In this document: in pieces, positions 59,168 to 64,000 of the stretch
How the letters are laid out: each line of letters starts with the position of its first letter
Numbering within the stretch: position 1 is the first letter of the stretch
Assembly (NCBI GenBank): GCA_024405635.1
Contig: JAKSOL010000002.1
Location: 128,001-192,000, forward strand
Length of the DNA: 64,000 nt
Direction: 5' to 3'
Origin: Salinivirgaceae bacterium
Lineage (GTDB): Bacteria > Bacteroidota > Bacteroidia > Bacteroidales > SZUA-534
The notes under the pieces: model-generated
What the model was told of the DNA's origin: nothing
Databases searched by the model: none
What the model saw: only the letters and a program-made list of their open reading frames with translations
Program-made: the position numbers and the translations under genes

Positions 59168-61795
59168 ATGGGAATTTTAGTTGATACCATAAAGAGTGTC
59201 CTAGTATATAGGGCAAACAACAAGGAGAACTACGTGCCAAGCATGGTATGTATAGGCATACTTGTAGTTGTCGTGTCGTGGATTGTTGCGTTTATAAGCA
59301 ACGATATCGAAGTGTCTATTGTAGGATTGACAGAAATACACGGCCAAAATGCAATTTTGTTTGTTGTTGATTTGCTCCCATTTATAATGGGAGGTATTGG
59401 TTATGTGTTTACAAAATCAACACGCCAAGCAATACATGAGTTGACTGCTGAAATAAACGAGAAGAATCGTGTTATTACACAAAATGCTCAATTTGCAAAA
59501 AAAATAGGTGAAGGCGATTTTAATGCTCAAGATGGAGAGGTTGATGATAACGATGTGTTAGGCCACTCGTTGAAAATTATGAAGAACAACCTTGCCGAAA
59601 CTAATGAAAAAGAGAAAGAACATAACTGGATTGCAAAAGGAAAGGATTCAATTGCTGATATCTTGCGCAAACAGTCAGAACTTGATAAACTATCGTATGA
59701 GACTTTGGTTGAGGTAATTAAATACATTGATGTTATTCAAGGTGCGTTTTATATCTACAACGAAGACGAAAAAGTGTTGGAAAATACAGCGACTTATGCA
59801 TATAACCGCCGCAAATATCAAAACGCAAGTTTTGCTATAGGAGAGGGCTTGGTCGGTCAATGTGCATTTGAGATGGATGTGATTTTCCGTCGCGAGATTC
59901 CTGATGATTTTATCACAATTACTAGTGGCATATTAGGTGAGCAAAAACCAACGTCGTTATTGCTGGTGCCTTTAGTGTCTGACGAAAAATTGCAAGGAGT
60001 TCTTGAATTTGCGTCATTAAAAGACGATATCACTGATTTGAAAATCAGATTTGTGAAAGAGTTGAGTGATGTTATTGCCCGTACTATTTCAAACTTAAAA
60101 GTATCTGCAAATACATCACGACTATACGATGAGTCCCAAAAAATGACAAAGGAATTGAAGGAGAGCGAGATTGCGCTTCTTCAAGAAAAAGAGCAATTGC
60201 AAGAAACTCGTGAGGAGGTTGAGAAGAAAAATGCTGACCTTAATGCACAAAACGAGAAGATTGAAAATGCGCAAAAGCGTTTGAATTCATTGCTTGAAAA
60301 TGCTTCGGAGATTATTTCAATCTATGACGAAAATAGAGTGCTTACATACATAAGTCCTTCAGTTGTAAATATATATGGCTACACTGGAGATGAAATGATT
60401 GCAGGTAAGGACCTTGATAGGTTGACAGCAAAAGGTATTAAAGAGTTTGCAGAGGCATTTACAAAACTACTTGAAGATCCTGAAACTCCGCAAACAATTC
60501 AATATACTTATATGAGGAAAGATGGCCAAAAGATCTTTATAGAATCAATTGGTCGAAATTTGTTGAACGACCCAGCAATTAAGGGTATCATTATCAACTC
60601 GCAAGATATAACTGAGCGTAAACGTGCAGAGAAAGAGGAGCGCATGAAGAGTAAAATGCAGTCGTTGTCCGAAAACTCTCTTGATATGATTACTCGTGTT
60701 GGTACTACTGGTATATTTTTCTATGCAAACCCAGTGGTTAAAAAATATACAGACATTGAGCCCTCAGCGTTGATTAACAAGAATTTGAATGAAGTTGATT
60801 TCCATCCGCAAATCAAAGTGTCGCTTAACGAAGCAATACAAATTGTGAAAGAAACTCATGAGAAACACGATACAGAGGTTACTTTCCCAACTAATTTTGG
60901 TGATCGTATAATGCAAGTAAATGCAATACCAGAGTTTAGCGACGATAACAAAGAATTGGAAACTATTTTGCTTGTTGCTCACGATATTACTGAGCAAAAG
61001 ATGGCGGAAATGGAAATTCAAGAGAAGAATAAATCAATTACCGAGAGTATCAACTATGCTAAACGAATTCAGAACTCAATTCTGCCAAATACCAAGTTTA
61101 TACAAGAGTATTTGCCGAACTCGTTCATATTGTATCGCCCTCGTGAGGTTGTAAGTGGAGACTTCCCTTGGTTCTTTAAAAAAGGTGATGACTTGTTTAT
61201 CGCAGCAGTTGATTGTACAGGTCATGGTGTGCCGGGAGCTTTGTTGTCGTTTATTGGTTATTTTACATTGAATAATGTTGTTGACCACTATGACAATATT
61301 AACGCAGGTCAAATCCTAGATAAGGTTCACGAAGGGGTTCGTACAACATTGAAGCAAGATCGTATTGATTCTGAGGCTCGAGATGGTATGGATATGGCAC
61401 TTTGTAAAATAAACCTTAAGAAAAATATACTAGAATTTGCAGGTGCTCATCGTCCTTTGTATTTGACGAGAGGAAAAGAATTGATTCAATACAAAGGAAG
61501 CCATAAGGCAATTGGAGGTATACCATTGGGTAAGAAACAGGAGGAAGATTTTGAGAATCATTTGATAAATCTTGAAGCTGGTGACCGCGTATTTTTCTTC
61601 TCTGATGGATTCCCTGACCAAGTAGGAGGAGATAGTGGAAGAAAATATCAAACAAATAGAATGCGAGAAGTGCTTTTAAATAACACAGAAGCAACTATAT
61701 TTGAGCACGAAAAAATATTGAATGATGATTTGGAAGCTTATAGAGGAAACTATAAGCAAGTTGATGATATATTATTAATAGGTATAGAGTTTTAA
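59168..61795 (+). CDS. TM-GAF-coiled coil-PAS-PAS-PP2C (SpoIIE/RsbU/SiaA-type) phosphatase
   Basis: 2 TM; ATYAY..FAIGEGLVGQC GAF; PAS domains ending DITERK and DITEQK; YAKRIQ, VSGDF, DCTGHGVPGA, DGMD, FSDG, DDI. Confidence 0.92.
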   Translation: MGILVDTIKSVLVYRANNKENYVPSMVCIGILVVVVSWIVAFISNDIEVSIVGLTEIHGQNAILFVVDLLPFIMGGIGYVFTKSTRQAIHELTAEINEKNRVITQNAQFAKKIGEGDFNAQDGEVDDNDVLGHSLKIMKNNLAETNEKEKEHNWIAKGKDSIADILRKQSELDKLSYETLVEVIKYIDVIQGAFYIYNEDEKVLENTATYAYNRRKYQNASFAIGEGLVGQCAFEMDVIFRREIPDDFITITSGILGEQKPTSLLLVPLVSDEKLQGVLEFASLKDDITDLKIRFVKELSDVIARTISNLKVSANTSRLYDESQKMTKELKESEIALLQEKEQLQETREEVEKKNADLNAQNEKIENAQKRLNSLLENASEIISIYDENRVLTYISPSVVNIYGYTGDEMIAGKDLDRLTAKGIKEFAEAFTKLLEDPETPQTIQYTYMRKDGQKIFIESIGRNLLNDPAIKGIIINSQDITERKRAEKEERMKSKMQSLSENSLDMITRVGTTGIFFYANPVVKKYTDIEPSALINKNLNEVDFHPQIKVSLNEAIQIVKETHEKHDTEVTFPTNFGDRIMQVNAIPEFSDDNKELETILLVAHDITEQKMAEMEIQEKNKSITESINYAKRIQNSILPNTKFIQEYLPNSFILYRPREVVSGDFPWFFKKGDDLFIAAVDCTGHGVPGALLSFIGYFTLNNVVDHYDNINAGQILDKVHEGVRTTLKQDRIDSEARDGMDMALCKINLKKNILEFAGAHRPLYLTRGKELIQYKGSHKAIGGIPLGKKQEEDFENHLINLEAGDRVFFFSDGFPDQVGGDSGRKYQTNRMREVLLNNTEATIFEHEKILNDDLEAYRGNYKQVDDILLIGIEF

Positions 61796-61814
61796 AACAT
61801 AAAATATAATTGCT

Positions 61815-62390
61815 ATGGAAAATTCAGATTTCCTAGATTTTGTTTACAATTTCAGCGACTCAATGGGCAAACGAAATGCCGAGTTGGTTTATAAAGGTGA
61901 GATATCGCACCAAGTAACCAAGGCGTTTACTTCGTTGACCGAAACAAGTATGTTGATGGAGCAAGAACCTAATTCGGTGCAGAAAAAGGTTTTTCACGTT
62001 ATTGTAGAGTTCTTGCAAAATATTAGCAAACACGCTGATAGCTTGGAAACTGGAGAAGACCGCCGTGAGGGTAGCGGAGTGTTCTTGCTTTGCAAAGACG
62101 AGGAAAATTATACCATAACAACAGGTAATGTGATGATGATTCACAAGAAAGACGCAATAGCATCAATTCTTGAGAAAATCAACTCATTGGACCGAGAAGG
62201 GTTGAAAGCCTTGTATAAGCAGCAGATTAAGGACGGCCGTTTGAGCGAAAAAGGTGGCGCAGGCTTAGGCTTTATTGATATAGCAAAGAAAACAGGTAAT
62301 AAACTTAATTATTCGTTTGTCCAATTGAATGACGAGTATACATTTTTTATTATATCATCAACAATTTCGAGAACTCAATTATCAGATTAA
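61815..62390 (+). CDS. SiaB-family protein kinase (GHKL, anti-sigma-like)
   Basis: VIVEFLQNISKHA N-box, TGN, LKALYK, GGAGLGFIDIAKKTG G-box. Confidence 0.88.
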   Translation: MENSDFLDFVYNFSDSMGKRNAELVYKGEISHQVTKAFTSLTETSMLMEQEPNSVQKKVFHVIVEFLQNISKHADSLETGEDRREGSGVFLLCKDEENYTITTGNVMMIHKKDAIASILEKINSLDREGLKALYKQQIKDGRLSEKGGAGLGFIDIAKKTGNKLNYSFVQLNDEYTFFIISSTISRTQLSD

Positions 62391-62412
62391 CACTTAATAA
62401 ATTATATAAATT

Positions 62413-62796
62413 ATGGAAGTAATTAAAATAGTTGGAACCGACGATACTCCAAGTGTAACACTAGACGTTGCAAACGAAATTTTTGAAATTTCAGGACGTT
62501 CACTTCCTGAGGACGTTGCAATGTTTTATAAACCTATTTTGGATTGGTTGGACCGTTATGCTGATGAGGCAACAGGTAGCACTGTGTTTAACTTCAAATT
62601 GGTTTACTTCAATACTGCATCTTCAAAAATGATTCTTGATATCCTTTTGAAATTAGAGGAAATACATGAGTCGGGAAAAGAAGTGCTCATTAAATGGTAT
62701 TATCCTGATGACGACGAAGACATGGAAGAGGCAGGTGAAGAATACTCTGACATTGTTGATGTGCCATTTGAGCAAATTAGCTATTCATTGGATTAA
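62413..62796 (+). CDS. SiaC-family (DUF1987) switch protein
   Basis: TDDTPSV, ISGRSLPED..FYKP, YFNTASSK (phospho-Thr motif), IKWYY..DDEDM.EAGEE. Confidence 0.9.
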   Translation: MEVIKIVGTDDTPSVTLDVANEIFEISGRSLPEDVAMFYKPILDWLDRYADEATGSTVFNFKLVYFNTASSKMILDILLKLEEIHESGKEVLIKWYYPDDDEDMEEAGEEYSDIVDVPFEQISYSLD

Positions 62797-62842
62797 TTTT
62801 TTTTCTATAGATATCTATAGTTCTATAAAGAAACACTTTTAG

Positions 62843-64000
62843 ATGAGTGAAGAGATCTTAAAGGCCTTAATGCAGCTCTTTGCGATTATTGCAAAGCAGG
62901 ATGGTGGCGTAAAGGAAAGCGAGATAGACTTTGTAGAAAATTTCTTGACTTCTCAATTGAGTTCAGACTTGGTTGAGGAGTTTTTGGCTTTATTCTACAA
63001 ACACGCCCAAATTAGTGGCCGTGAGGATTTGCAAAAGGCAAAAGAAAACGAAGACGTTAAGTTAACTTCGGTAACCGACTCGGTTCGTATTCTTGGTATA
63101 TGCAAAAAGATTAACAAGACACTGACCCAACAACAAAAGGTTGTTACGTTGGTGCGTTTGTTTGAGTTGGTTGCAGCTGACCGCCAATTTACAGAGCAGC
63201 GTATGGCCATTATCAATACAGTGGCCGAAGTATTTAATGTTTCGTCAGAGGAATTTTCAAATACTGAAACGTTTGTTGTTAAAGAATCGGTTGATGGTCT
63301 TGATGTCGCAAGCATGTTGATTATCAACGATAAACCTCTTGAATTAACAGCTGCTAAGCATATCCAAATTGAAGATCTTGACCAAGAATTGGTAATACTC
63401 CAAATAAAGAGTGTTGACCTTTACTTCTTGAAGTATATGGGTAGCCATGAGCTTTTGCTTAATGGTCTGCCAATCAAAGGAAATAAAATTTACTTGTTTG
63501 CTAATGGTAGTGCAATTCGCTTCCCTAAAGGTAAACCAGTATATTATAGCGACGTTGTTTCAAAATACTTGGCCGATGTAACTTCTGCCAAAATCACTTA
63601 CAACGTTAATGATCTTGAGTATAAATTCCCAAATGGCGCAATAGGTTTGCGTAACATCAACTTGTCGGAGGAGCAAGGCAAGTTAGTTGGAATTATGGGC
63701 GCTAGTGGTGCAGGAAAAACAACATTGTTAAATGTACTTACTGGCAACGAACGCCCATCGCAAGGAAATGTTCTTATAAACGGCATTGACCTTCATAATG
63801 AGAAGGAAAAAATGGAAGGTGTTATTGGATATATTCCACAAGACGACCTTTTGATAGAGGAACTGACAGTGTATCAGAACCTTTATTTCAATGCTAAATT
63901 GTGCTTCAAAAATATGAGCGATGAGGAAATTCAGGAGCGAGTTGATAAAACATTGCTAAACTTGGGTTTGCTTGATCGTAAGGATTTGAAAGTAGGTTCG
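62843..64000 (+). CDS. TerB-like + FHA-like + ABCG-type ATP-binding protein (partial, runs off window)
   Basis: Not in ORF track; open for 386 codons from ATG 62843: MSEEILKALMQLFAIIAKQDGGVKESEIDFV...LFELVAADRQFTEQRMAIINTVAEVF (TerB-like), LLLNGLPI...FANGSAIRF, Walker A GASGAGKTT, Q-loop GYIPQDD, LTVYQNL. Confidence 0.88.
   Translation, partial: MSEEILKALMQLFAIIAKQDGGVKESEIDFVENFLTSQLSSDLVEEFLALFYKHAQISGREDLQKAKENEDVKLTSVTDSVRILGICKKINKTLTQQQKVVTLVRLFELVAADRQFTEQRMAIINTVAEVFNVSSEEFSNTETFVVKESVDGLDVASMLIINDKPLELTAAKHIQIEDLDQELVILQIKSVDLYFLKYMGSHELLLNGLPIKGNKIYLFANGSAIRFPKGKPVYYSDVVSKYLADVTSAKITYNVNDLEYKFPNGAIGLRNINLSEEQGKLVGIMGASGAGKTTLLNVLTGNERPSQGNVLINGIDLHNEKEKMEGVIGYIPQDDLLIEELTVYQNLYFNAKLCFKNMSDEEIQERVDKTLLNLGLLDRKDLKVGS

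Overview
Chromosomal window from a Bacteroidales-type bacterium, inferred from TAnnTTTG -7 promoter boxes, the Bacteroidetes-style nqr/parAB/rpsP genes and a T9SS-like C-terminal domain. Most of it is housekeeping or metabolic: nqrABC, a LacI-headed hexuronate cluster (exuT-uxaC-esterase-kdgK-eda), rpmE2, rimM/rpsP, parAB-mltD, mnmA, ychF, lpxH/lpxK, sppA, tkt, pepP and three tRNAs (fMet, Ala, Gln). No CRISPR array, rRNA, phage or intact transposase was seen. The strongest candidate for an undescribed system is a tight operon at 56137->64000. It encodes an intact CheR, a degenerate CheR, a receiver-less CheB, a membrane GAF protein, a TM-GAF-PAS-PAS-PP2C phosphatase, a SiaB-type kinase and a SiaC-type switch protein. 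A TerB-like/FHA-like/ABCG-type transporter, missed by the ORF track, sits where Pseudomonas has the SiaD cyclase. A second candidate is a 1397-aa protein with three GAF-like repeats, two receiver domains, a PEP-synthase-type ATP-grasp domain and a C-terminal His motif, coupled to a non-phosphorylatable LuxR regulator. Other oddities: a rubredoxin-fused NqrC, an internally deleted DGR-target-like gene beside REP doublets, an orphan YfiR plus TonB-dependent receptor pair, a Kbl paralog lacking its PLP lysine, and a secreted Lys-P1 serpin. All domain calls come from motif recognition by eye; no database searches were run.
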